Positions 9,854 through 18,433 of a stretch of 64,000 nucleotides of DNA are shown here, piece after piece. Every line of letters starts with the position of its first letter. Position 1 is the stretch's first letter. Under the pieces are notes generated by a model. The model did no database searches. It was not told the DNA's origin and saw only the letters and a program-made list of their open reading frames with translations. This DNA comes from an uncultured delta proteobacterium (lineage in GTDB: Bacteria; Myxococcota_A; Polyangia; Polyangiales; Polyangiaceae): contig CAWAIF010000003.1 of assembly GCA_963782055.1 (NCBI GenBank), forward strand, positions 2,272,001-2,336,000, given 5' to 3'. The position numbers and the translations under genes are program-made.

Positions 9854-11014
9854 TCAGTCGCCGCTCGCGTCGCCTGCGCCCGCGTCCAGCGCCGGGAGAG
9901 TGCGAACAAGCCGGAAACCCATCAGCGGCGCCCGATAGCCGAAGTTGAAGTATGCCGATCGTGCGGCGGAGCGACAGGTGTTGGTGCGAAAATTGGCGAC
10001 TCCGCCACGTACGACGAGCCCGTAGCTGCCTAGGCTCCCCATGGGGTCTATCAACGGCCCGGGACCATAACCGGAACCCGAGTATTGCGTGGAGGTCCAC
10101 TCGAGAGCGTTGCCGCTGGTATCGTAGAGACCCCAGCCATTCGCCAGTTTCTGTTCGACCGGGTGCGTGAACCCATTCGAATTGAAGCAGTACCAGCCGA
10201 TCTCATCCATGTCGACGTCGTCCACGCAGGCCAACGAGTGCACGACGTCGCCGTTGTATAGCGGTGTCGTCGTCCCTGCACGAGCCGCGTATTCCCACTC
10301 CGCTTCGGTCGGAAGTCGGTAGCCCGTGCACTCATACGTCGTTGCGGTCGTGATGGAGCGCGCAGAGCACTTCATGCCCTGCCCCGGTGAGCCTGTGCAG
10401 CCCGAGAGAGTGTAGCACGGAGGCAAGGGCGGCTGGTGTTCCGTGGAGAGCTGGTTCGCGGCCGCCATCACGTCCTCGAGCGTCACATTCCCAACCGGAC
10501 ACTGCGGCCCCAGGCAGTCGCCGTAGACGGAGCCGCCATCTCCGGCGTCGAGGTGCTGCGTGCTTGGGTTCGGATTGCCGAGCGACGTCCATTCGGCCTG
10601 TGTCATCTCCGTCTGTTGGATCTCGAAGTCATGGGTGAGCGTGACCTGCACCTGATCCTCGTCATACAGGCCGCGACCATACTCGCACGGTGGAGAGCCC
10701 ATGACGAAACAGCCGCGCGAAACGCGGCACCATCCGCCGTCGCATGCCGGTACCACGGGGGGCAGCTTGCAGTCAGGCGAGGGGATTGCGGTCGGAGCGC
10801 AGGCGTCATTCTCGGCGCGAGCGTCGACAGTAGAGCTTTCGACTGGGGCCCCGGCGTCCCATGCGCCGTCGGGAGCCAGCGCGTCGCCGCCGGCGTCGCC
10901 GCCCTCACCAGGTTCACTGCACGCGGAGCACGCGGCGGCAGCGCCAAGCAGCGGCGTCCCGGCCGCGAGAGCGAAGGCGAGCAAGCGTGGGCATACCCTA
11001 TCGCGTGACGCCAT
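9854..11014 (-). CDS. Formylglycine-generating enzyme (SUMF1/FGE-sulfatase) domain lipoprotein
   Basis: FVMGSP, YRLPTEAEWEYAARAG, NGWGLYDTSGNALEW, GFRLVR; signal with Cys. Confidence 0.92.
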   Translation of the reverse strand: MASRDRVCPRLLAFALAAGTPLLGAAAACSACSEPGEGGDAGGDALAPDGAWDAGAPVESSTVDARAENDACAPTAIPSPDCKLPPVVPACDGGWCRVSRGCFVMGSPPCEYGRGLYDEDQVQVTLTHDFEIQQTEMTQAEWTSLGNPNPSTQHLDAGDGGSVYGDCLGPQCPVGNVTLEDVMAAANQLSTEHQPPLPPCYTLSGCTGSPGQGMKCSARSITTATTYECTGYRLPTEAEWEYAARAGTTTPLYNGDVVHSLACVDDVDMDEIGWYCFNSNGFTHPVEQKLANGWGLYDTSGNALEWTSTQYSGSGYGPGPLIDPMGSLGSYGLVVRGGVANFRTNTCRSAARSAYFNFGYRAPLMGFRLVRTLPALDAGAGDASGD

Positions 11015-11124
11015 ACACGGATCCGTCGTTGATGAAGGTCTGGATGCGTTGATCGCCAGGTGGGAAGACCTCTGTTACCGCGTTCGGGAGGTTCGAGCCA
11101 CCATGGTCGCTCCAGTAGACGGCC

Positions 11125-12569
11125 CATGGCCAGATCCTTTGGACATAACGTGGCGGAATGATGGAAATAAATCGGGCGCCTTTCTCGTTGTTCGGTTGCG
11201 ACACCAACAAGGAGAGGACGCCCGATGACGACGAGAGCTACCCGAGCCACGAGCAGCCGTCCAGACCCGAGCGAAGAGGCGAGCGCGGTGGAGGAGCAGC
11301 TGCAGCGGACCTTCACGCCGGCGGTCATCGACGAGCTTCGGGGCCGCACCGGCTACAACCCGCGGCAGCGGCGCGCCACCGCGTTCCGCCTGGTGCTCAC
11401 GGTCGTCGAGGGGTTCCTCGCGGGCCAGACGCTGTCGTTCGAGTCGCTGCGGGCGATCTTCGTGAGGCGCTTCGGCTTCATGCGCCCGTGCCCGTTCCAG
11501 AAGCGGTTCAAGCAGGAGTCGGCGGCGGCGTTCTTCCGCGCGGCGCTCGAGCACCTCGTGGCGTCGGTGACGAAGGCGGCGGGCCTGGAGCTGAGCGGGC
11601 CGCTCGCCCGCTTCGAGGACGTGCGGGTCTACGACGGTACGGGGCAGCGCGTGCCACCGCGCGGGCGCGAGCTGCTGCCGGGATGCACCAAGGGCAAGGC
11701 CGGCACCAAGTGGGTGATGGGCTACAGCATCAAGACCGGCCTGCTCGAGCACGGCGTCTCCGACGCGGAGACCGCGTCGGAGACGCCGCTGTGGCGGAAG
11801 CTGGTCCCGAGCTTCACGCGCGGGGTGCTCTACCTCTTCGACCTCGGCTTTTTCGAGCGCGCTCTGTTCACGCAGGCGAAGGCTGCCGGCGCGCACGTGC
11901 TGATGCGCCTCAAGACCACGGCGAAGGTACGCGTGACCGCGCACATCTCGGAGAACGGCCACACCCCGCTCCACAACTGGTCGCTTGGCTACTACCTGCA
12001 GAGCGTGTCGCGCAAGCGCGGGACGATCTTCGACCTCGACGTGACGTGGGGCAAGGGCAAGGACACCGTCGCATTGCGGCTCGTGGGACTCGCGCACAAG
12101 TCGACCGTCATCCGCTGGTACCTGACCACCGTGCCGCGCAGCGTGCTCTCGCCACGGCAGATCATCCAGACCTACCGACTCCGCTGGCTGATCGAGCTGC
12201 TCTTTCGCGAGCTGAAGCAGACCGCCGACCTCGGCCGCTCCTTCACCGCCGATCCCCACGCGATCAAGGCGCTCACCTACGGCGCGATGCTCGCCCACGC
12301 GCTCGTGCGCTCGGTCAGGATCCAGGCTGCACTCGCGCGCGACGTCCCTCTCGAGCAACTGCGCCCCCTGGCGACGTTGCACGTCGTGCGCGCCTACGCG
12401 CGGGACCTGGTCGACGCCCTCGTCTCCCTGAGCACCGCCGCGTGGACTGCCGTCGTGACCACCGTGGGCGCGGCACTCGTCGCTCTGGCACGCGAACGAC
12501 AACCTTCACGCTCCAGGAAACGAATCGCCCTCAAACTTGGGGCGATCGGTGCTTAAGAGATCGGGCATG
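11125..12569 (+). mobile_element. IS4-family insertion sequence
   Basis: Imperfect IRs CATGGCCAGATC / CATGCCCGATC; direct repeat GTAGACGGCC at 11115-11124 and 12570-12579. Confidence 0.93.
11225..12556 (+). CDS. IS4-family DDE transposase
   Basis: VYDGT, LFDLGF, YRLRWLIELLFRELKQ (YREK motif). Confidence 0.93.
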   Translation: MTTRATRATSSRPDPSEEASAVEEQLQRTFTPAVIDELRGRTGYNPRQRRATAFRLVLTVVEGFLAGQTLSFESLRAIFVRRFGFMRPCPFQKRFKQESAAAFFRAALEHLVASVTKAAGLELSGPLARFEDVRVYDGTGQRVPPRGRELLPGCTKGKAGTKWVMGYSIKTGLLEHGVSDAETASETPLWRKLVPSFTRGVLYLFDLGFFERALFTQAKAAGAHVLMRLKTTAKVRVTAHISENGHTPLHNWSLGYYLQSVSRKRGTIFDLDVTWGKGKDTVALRLVGLAHKSTVIRWYLTTVPRSVLSPRQIIQTYRLRWLIELLFRELKQTADLGRSFTADPHAIKALTYGAMLAHALVRSVRIQAALARDVPLEQLRPLATLHVVRAYARDLVDALVSLSTAAWTAVVTTVGAALVALARERQPSRSRKRIALKLGAIGA

Positions 12570-13035
12570 GTAGACGGCCTGCCCTGCGCAGCCCGAAGCA
12601 GATCCTTCGTCTTCGCATTGGCGCCTGTAGATATTCGCAAGGTCGGGTTGAAGCACCGGCGCGGTAGGGTCGCGCGAGATGCCCATGTAGAAGTCCATCC
12701 CGTCGTACTCCGAGGCGTGATCTGTCAGGACGCAGTGGCTCTCGGTCCACCGCACGGGATTGATGCACGAGACGGCATAACGGCATAAGGTGGTTTGTGC
12801 ACCTGGAGCTGGTCGTCCCGGAAGTACTTGTAGTACGCGAACGTGCACGTGCTGGCGCCGCTGTTCCAGAGGTTGCCGGCGGAGAACTGCGCGAACCCCT
12901 CGATCTGCGCCCCGCCCTGGTCCTCGGTCGACTGCAGGCAGTGGATGGTGTTCCCGGTCGGGTTCAAGAAGTGGAAGGAGAACAGGCGTCGGACGCCGTC
13001 AAGCATCGGCCGCCTTCCCGCCGTAGACTCGCCGC

Positions 13036-13359
13036 ATGAACGTCGCTCCTGCTGCGGAGAGCTTCCTCCGGCTCGTGTTGCCGGTTCCGGGATTCTTCCT
13101 CGCCGATACGCGGCTGCTCGTCTGGGTGGACGGCCGGTACGTCGTCGATGCCAGCTTCCTGCGCGGGTTCGACTGGTGGACGCCCGTCGCGCCGGGCGTC
13201 CACGTCGTCGCGACGCGACTTCAGGGGGTGGTGACTCGCGACCGGTCGTACCCGATCGAGGTGCGGGCGGGTCTCGTCACCGTCGCCGTGCTCGACTACA
13301 GCCGCATGTGGGGCAACCTCACCGCCAAGCCGAAGAGCGTGACCTTCGTCCCGCGCTGA
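13036..13359 (+). CDS. Hypothetical protein
   Basis: 107-aa ORF with coding-like bias; TAGACT 6 nt upstream of ATG. Confidence 0.7.
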   Translation: MNVAPAAESFLRLVLPVPGFFLADTRLLVWVDGRYVVDASFLRGFDWWTPVAPGVHVVATRLQGVVTRDRSYPIEVRAGLVTVAVLDYSRMWGNLTAKPKSVTFVPR

Positions 13360-13498
13360 ACCGCGCTCGCTCCGATCCCGGTTCGGGGATCCCGTCGAGG
13401 TGGCGTCCGGCCTCGTAGATGTGGCGCAAGGTGGTCGAGGCGTCGCCGGCGCCGCCGCTGGATGCGATGCGCTCACCTCGCCCGCGAGCGGCGGCGCG

Positions 13499-13616
13499 CT
13501 CGTGCAGGAGCCGCGCGGGATCAGGAGGCCCCTCGAGGGGCCCGGCGAGCCGCACGAGGTCCCGCGGCGCGCGCCGGCTCGCGCTCCTCCCTACCGCAGC
13601 GCCGTCATCCGCCGCA
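13499..13616 (+). repeat. IS91-transposase 3'-end relic, copy 1
   Basis: LVQEPRGIRRPLEGPGEPHEVPRRAPARAPPYRSAVIRR; shares a 34-nt identical block (13532-13565) with 56673-56706. Confidence 0.8.
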
Positions 13617-13744
13617 TCGCCGGCGCCATCGTCGCCGCCTGACCTCTGCCCGGGAGGGGAGCGGTCCGATCTACTTCGCACAGCCGATCGCCGCCCACCA
13701 CTTCTCGGAGCGCGCGCGTCTCGGGTACGCGCTAGGCTCTGGGC

Positions 13745-15010
13745 GTGTCCTCGACGCCCGACGCGCTGATTTCATTCGCCGCACGCCTCGCGCCCGGCAC
13801 GCAGCTCGACTGGGACGCGCTCCGGGCGAGCGTCGCCGACCCGGCGATGTACGCGCGCGCGAACGCCGAAGCCCTCGCCGGGCGCGGCATCCGCGACCGA
13901 TTGCCGGCGAACCTCCCGTGGCTGGCGCTCGTCGACGCGCTCATCGACGTGGGCCGGGCGTGGGAGATCGACTGGAAGGAGGACCCGAGCGAGGTGCGCG
14001 CCGCGATCGAGTCCATCGCGGCCCCGCCGCTCGAGGACGGCGCGTTCGATGCGCTCGATGACATCGACGAGGTCGATACCGAAGCGTTCCTGAAGAAATG
14101 CGACCGCGCGCTCCGTGGCGTCGGGCGTGCGCTCGTCCAGCTCGACATCGGCTCCGACTCGTATCCTCTGGTAGTCGTACAACGTGTTGCGCTCACCAAT
14201 CTCGTCCGCGACTCGACTGCGCTCGGTCTCGGTCGGCTTCGCCCGTTCTTGCCCGTTACGGCGAAGGTTGCGGCGCGCACGAAGGAGGCCCCGCGCCCGC
14301 TCAAGCCGAAGGTCGCTTCGCGATCCGCGGTGAAAGAGGCGTTCGAGGACATCCGTTACCGCCTCGCCTTGGCCGAGGACAAAGGCGGGTTGGCGCTGCT
14401 CACCGCGCCGTCCGCGCCGTCCCTGGCCCTCGCACTGGCGAGGGCGTACCTCACGCTGGACGACGATGCGCGGGCGCGCGACACGTTGAAGCGCGCCGCG
14501 GTCCTGCGCCTGCGCGCCATCGAGGAGCGCCAGCGCATGTACGGGCATCGCCCCGAGCACTCGCGCCTCCGCTACGACTACGGCACCCTCGAGGAGGACG
14601 CCGCCGCCTGCCTCACGGGCGCGTTCGAGCCGATCGGGGCGGAGTACGACCGCTGGGGCATCGAGGAGGCGAGAGCGCCCTACTCGCACCTCGGAGCGAT
14701 TGGGGCGCGTACCTCCGCGCTGTTCCGCGGGCAGCCCTTCCCACCGCCGTCCGAGCGCAACGTCAAGGACGCCAAGCGCTGGAAGTACAATCACGTGTTC
14801 GAAGCGCTCGCCGCGGCGTCTGCGCGCGACGCGGAGCGGCTCGCGAGCCCGCTCACACTCCACCTCCGGCGGTTCTTACGCGACTACGACGGCAAGCAAA
14901 CGGGGTGGACCTGCTTCTTCGCGACGGCGCTACTGCGCGTCGCCGGCGCCCATGGGGAGCTTCCTGAGGATGTTCGGCCGATGGTCCCGCCGTCGCTGCT
15001 CGCTGGATGA
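13745..15010 (+). CDS. Two-domain hypothetical protein (DUF6630-like N-terminus, helical C-terminus)
   Basis: WEIDWKE and LDIGSDSYPLVVV motifs; TAGGCT 6 nt upstream of GTG. Confidence 0.7.
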   Translation: MSSTPDALISFAARLAPGTQLDWDALRASVADPAMYARANAEALAGRGIRDRLPANLPWLALVDALIDVGRAWEIDWKEDPSEVRAAIESIAAPPLEDGAFDALDDIDEVDTEAFLKKCDRALRGVGRALVQLDIGSDSYPLVVVQRVALTNLVRDSTALGLGRLRPFLPVTAKVAARTKEAPRPLKPKVASRSAVKEAFEDIRYRLALAEDKGGLALLTAPSAPSLALALARAYLTLDDDARARDTLKRAAVLRLRAIEERQRMYGHRPEHSRLRYDYGTLEEDAAACLTGAFEPIGAEYDRWGIEEARAPYSHLGAIGARTSALFRGQPFPPPSERNVKDAKRWKYNHVFEALAAASARDAERLASPLTLHLRRFLRDYDGKQTGWTCFFATALLRVAGAHGELPEDVRPMVPPSLLAG

Positions 15011-15129
15011 GCATCGCGCACGCCACGCTCGCGAGCCCTGCGCGGCCCGCCTTCTCGCGCGGACCCGCGCGCGGCTCCGCTGGCGAAGACGGAGAGGAGA
15101 GCGCGGTGATGGTGCGTATTCCGGGCTGA

Positions 15130-15430
15130 CCCGGGCACCGGTCGACCAGGGCCAGCGGACCGAGCAGGTTTGGCGTCGCGGTCTCGACGGCTGCGCGGCC
15201 GGGGGCTCCCGCGCTCGGGCGAAGTGGGTTGTCGAAGTTCACGATCTGGAGCGGACCGAAGTCGTCGCCCGTCACGTTCAGGCATCCGCCGAGGGGGGCC
15301 TCGGTGTCGACCGCCGAGCTCGAGCGCGCGCAGAGCCCGCTGCATGGGCGTCATCGCCGCGATGCGCTCGCGCTCACGACGCGTCGTCGCATCGGCGCTC
15401 TTGCTCGGGCGTCCGTGCAGGCTCTCCATG
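15130..15430 (-). pseudogene. Remnants of a small two-gene, toxin-antitoxin-like module
   Basis: RERERIAAMTPMQRALRALELG followed by the fragment VTGDDFGPLQIVNFDNP. Confidence 0.4.
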
Positions 15431-15494
15431 CGCGTGGGGCCGTCCGGTCTCACTGCAAGGACGGATCAGGGTGAGCACGCGCGAGGCAGACTTG

Positions 15495-15527
15495 CGCCAG
15501 GAGCTGGAGGGCTACCTGGACTGCGGC
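15495..15527 (+). pseudogene. IS91-family transposase micro-fragment
   Basis: Translates RQELEGYLDCG. Confidence 0.65.
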
Positions 15528-15584
15528 AAAGAAAACGGCGCGCCGGGGAGAGGCCGGGCGCGCCGTCTTCTCAGCCGCGAACTT

Positions 15585-16799
15585 CTAGTTCCAGCAGTAG
15601 TTGACCCCGGTGCAGCCGCTGTGGTCGTGCACGTACGCCGAGTACGAGCAGCCGATGCTGCCGCAGTCGTAGTTCACGCTCTTGCTGTACGACTCCGACA
15701 CCGGGCTGGCAGTGCAGTGGCTGCTCTCGCCCCAGCCGTCCTCGTAGGCGAGGTGGTCCACCTTGTTGTTGGCCGTGGAGCAGGCGTACTGGCTCGCCGT
15801 GCCGCCGAAGAGCAAGGCGCACGCCTCCTGGCACGTGTAGGTCGGCGGATTGTTGCTCCACACCGGACCGTCGTGGACGGCGAAGCTCCCGGCGAGCGTG
15901 AAGCTCGCTTTGCAGACGCCGGCCACGCACGCCTCCTTCGGGCCGCACGCGTTGCCGCACGAGCCACAGTTGGCGCTGTCGGTCTGCGTGCTGGCGCAGT
16001 ACGGCGCGCCGCCGTCCGGCGAGCAGAGGGTCTGATTGCCGAGGCAGGTGCACTGACCGGCCGTGCATGTCTGGCCCGCGCTGCACACAATCCCGCAGCC
16101 GCCGCAGTTGGCGTTGTCGGTCTCGAGGTTCGCGCAGTACGGAGAGCCGAGGCTGCTGCCCGCGTCTCCCGCGTCTCCTGCGTCTCCTGCGTCGCCCGCG
16201 TCGGTCGCAGCATCGTTCGACGCGTCAACCGACGCGTCGCTCACGCCGCCGTCGTTCTGCGGGGCGCTGCACATCGTCAGCCCCTGCTGGCAAGACAGAG
16301 CGCACTGGCCGGCGCTGCAGATCTCGCCATCCTTGCACATGGTCCCACAGCCGCCGCAGTTGGTGCGATCCGTCTGGGTGTCGACGCACGACTGGCCGCA
16401 CTGCGTCTCGCTCGACGCGCACGTCGTGTTGCACTTGCCCTGCGAGCACACCTCGCCGCCGTTGCACTTGGTGCCGCACGCGCCGCAGTTCGCCGGATCG
16501 CTGTTGGTATCGGCGCAGCTGTTGCCGCAGTTCGTGGTGCCGCCGCCACAGGCGAGCGCGCAGGTGCCCTGCGAGCAGACCTCCCCCGTATTGCACTTGT
16601 TGCCGCAGGCGCCGCAGTTCTCGGGGTCGCGAGCGACCACCGTGCAACTCCCGCCGCACGTCTCGCTGCCGTCGCCGCAACCCGCGCCGGCGGGCGGAGT
16701 GCTGTCACCGCAAGCGCCAAGCATCGCGGCGAGGCAGAGTGCCGCGCCCAAGGCGGCAAGAGCGCCAGACCATGTGCGTCCGAGTCGCTTTCCGTTCAT
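15585..16799 (-). CDS. Myxobacterial Cys-rich repeat lipoprotein (MXAN_6577-like)
   Basis: MLGAC lipobox; five DxxNCGxCGxxC repeats; DAG linker. Confidence 0.9.
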   Translation of the reverse strand: MNGKRLGRTWSGALAALGAALCLAAMLGACGDSTPPAGAGCGDGSETCGGSCTVVARDPENCGACGNKCNTGEVCSQGTCALACGGGTTNCGNSCADTNSDPANCGACGTKCNGGEVCSQGKCNTTCASSETQCGQSCVDTQTDRTNCGGCGTMCKDGEICSAGQCALSCQQGLTMCSAPQNDGGVSDASVDASNDAATDAGDAGDAGDAGDAGSSLGSPYCANLETDNANCGGCGIVCSAGQTCTAGQCTCLGNQTLCSPDGGAPYCASTQTDSANCGSCGNACGPKEACVAGVCKASFTLAGSFAVHDGPVWSNNPPTYTCQEACALLFGGTASQYACSTANNKVDHLAYEDGWGESSHCTASPVSESYSKSVNYDCGSIGCSYSAYVHDHSGCTGVNYCWN

Positions 16800-16929
16800 C
16801 AGAAGTTGCAAGAGGTCCGACGCTGGGCGAAGGACGACAGGCTGCACTATCGGCCGCCTGGGCTCGCGACGTCAACCCGGAATCGCCTTCGCCGCCCTCG
16901 CGGCGGAGCACGCCCCGGGCGCGAGGCCT

Positions 16930-17099
16930 CCGACTTCTTCCCGGCGTTCTACAACGCCGGCAAGGCGATGTTCGCCGCCGAGTACACGAACGACGCCAAC
17001 TCGGCGACGTCCTTCTGTCCGGCGGCGATCGCCCACCGCACCAACGCCGCGCTCTTCGACGTGGCGCTGGACGGAGAGACGCGCACGCCCTGCGAGTGA
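16930..17099 (+). pseudogene. C-terminal fragment of a GH114-like polygalactosaminidase
   Basis: PAFYNAGKAMFAAEY...FCPAA...ALFDVALDGETRTPCE*; no 5' part. Confidence 0.6.
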
Positions 17100-17394
17100 G
17101 CGCGAGCTCACGCCGGAACGACGCAACGACACTCAACGCGCGCAGGCTCGCGCTGCAGGCCCATCCGGACCCAGGGAACCCCTAGGGTTCTGCCGGCAGC
17201 ACTTTGTGCGTCAGAGCGACTCCACTGCACTGTATCGCATCTCGCGCATGTGCAATGAACAGCTCCGCCTCTGGTGACAGACGGTACTTCGCGAGAATGC
17301 TAATCTTGATCGGTGTCCCGTTGTTCAGGGATGACGCGCGCCTGGTACCGGGGACGTAGGCGCGACGGCAGGCGCGTCAAGTCATTCGCTTGCG

Positions 17395-17715
17395 AAGTGG
17401 CCAGAGGCTGACCAGCGCGTAGACCGCCGGCGCGGTCCCGATGCACGTCGGCAGCGAGCATACGGCCTAGATCAGCGTGGAGGTGACGGCCCACTTGCGC
17501 CTGCGGAACAGGCCGTAGGCGTTGATCGGCGTCCAGATCACCCCGAGCGGCGCCCACCCGAGGAGGAAGAGGGCGGTGAGCCACACGGCCAGGACCATCG
17601 AGACGCCGTGCACCCCGGCGTCCGTCTTCGGCTGCGCGGGCGGCGAGCTGCTCACCGCGATCGCCCACGTGAAGAGCGTGGAGACCACGCCCGCGAAGTC
17701 CGAAGGCCGCGCCTC
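17395..17715 (-). pseudogene. Membrane protein fragment with internal TAG
   Basis: ...NAYGLFRRRKWAVTSTLI*AVCSLPTCIGT... hydrophobic frame continues past the stop at 17467. Confidence 0.5.
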
Positions 17716-17809
17716 CGTCAGTGCGAGAGGGTGGAGTCGACCGCGAGCATCTGGGTGCCGCCGTTGATGGTCCCCGTCAGCTTGCAGATCGGCTTGCCGG
17801 GCTTGCCCG

Positions 17810-18157
17810 TCAGTGTCGGTAGCTCTCGACGACGTTCTTCGGCGGTCGCTCGATGGCGCTGAGCGGCGACGTGATGATGGTGCGCTCTCGGTCGGCGTCG
17901 GCCGCGAAGAAGACCTGCTCGCCCGGCTTCGGGTCGCCGCTGGTGGCGGACGCGATGCTGCCCTGTTCGTCGAAGCGCAGGCCGCCGCTGAGGTGCTTGC
18001 CGAGCGCGGGATGCTCGGGGACGAAGCGACCCGTGCGCAGGTCGCGAACCGCGACGCATACGCGGTCTCGGCAGTGGTACTCGCTGTTGAGGGTCACGAG
18101 AACGCGATGATGGCGCCGTTCGGGCCCGCGATAGGTGGTGTGCTCGGCCGTGTCCAT
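17810..18157 (-). CDS. Small myxobacterial-type hypothetical protein
   Basis: YRGPERRHHRVLVTLNSEYHCRDRVCVAVRD motif. Confidence 0.8.
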   Translation of the reverse strand: MDTAEHTTYRGPERRHHRVLVTLNSEYHCRDRVCVAVRDLRTGRFVPEHPALGKHLSGGLRFDEQGSIASATSGDPKPGEQVFFAADADRERTIITSPLSAIERPPKNVVESYRH

Positions 18158-18433
18158 GATGTGCCTCTAATTCAGGGCAGGTGATGCATGTGTCGGGCCA
18201 CGACAGCTCAGCGGTGATGGGAGACGCGGGGGCGGGCATCGCTTCACGCCTCGGCATTACGAGGAGTGGCCGAGCGACGGTGGCGCCAGCTCGGTCCGTC
18301 CTTGCTTGGAGGACTACCGCCGCGCGCGGCGAGCGCGTCTCGCGAGACTCGCTTGCGAGCTCGTGTTCGCGCGGATGCCGAGCGTGAGAAACCGCACCCC
18401 CCTGCTCGGCCAGGTGTGCTAGCGAACGTCACC

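Larger units (their letters stand above)
10998..12985 (-). pseudogene. 3' part of a large Cys-containing protein gene, split by IS4 and an 8-bp duplication
   Basis: Removing the IS plus one target copy joins ...GCAGQAVY to WSDHGG...YGVTR*; removing one CGGCATAA copy joins HKPPYAV to SCINPVRW. Confidence 0.8.

Noticed and set aside
16160..16205. 9-bp tandem repeat
   Set aside because: Encodes the DAGDAG linker of a lipoprotein.
14700..17099. 799-aa plus-strand ORF and other long Arg/Ala-rich ORFs (e.g. 33701-36589, 45153-47549)
   Set aside because: Shadow frames of real genes in high-GC DNA; only short embedded fragments are meaningful.
9471..17469. Amber recoding suggested by two in-frame TAGs
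   Set aside because: TAG is a normal stop for intact genes (15585, 20662, 25287), and both affected genes are also truncated.
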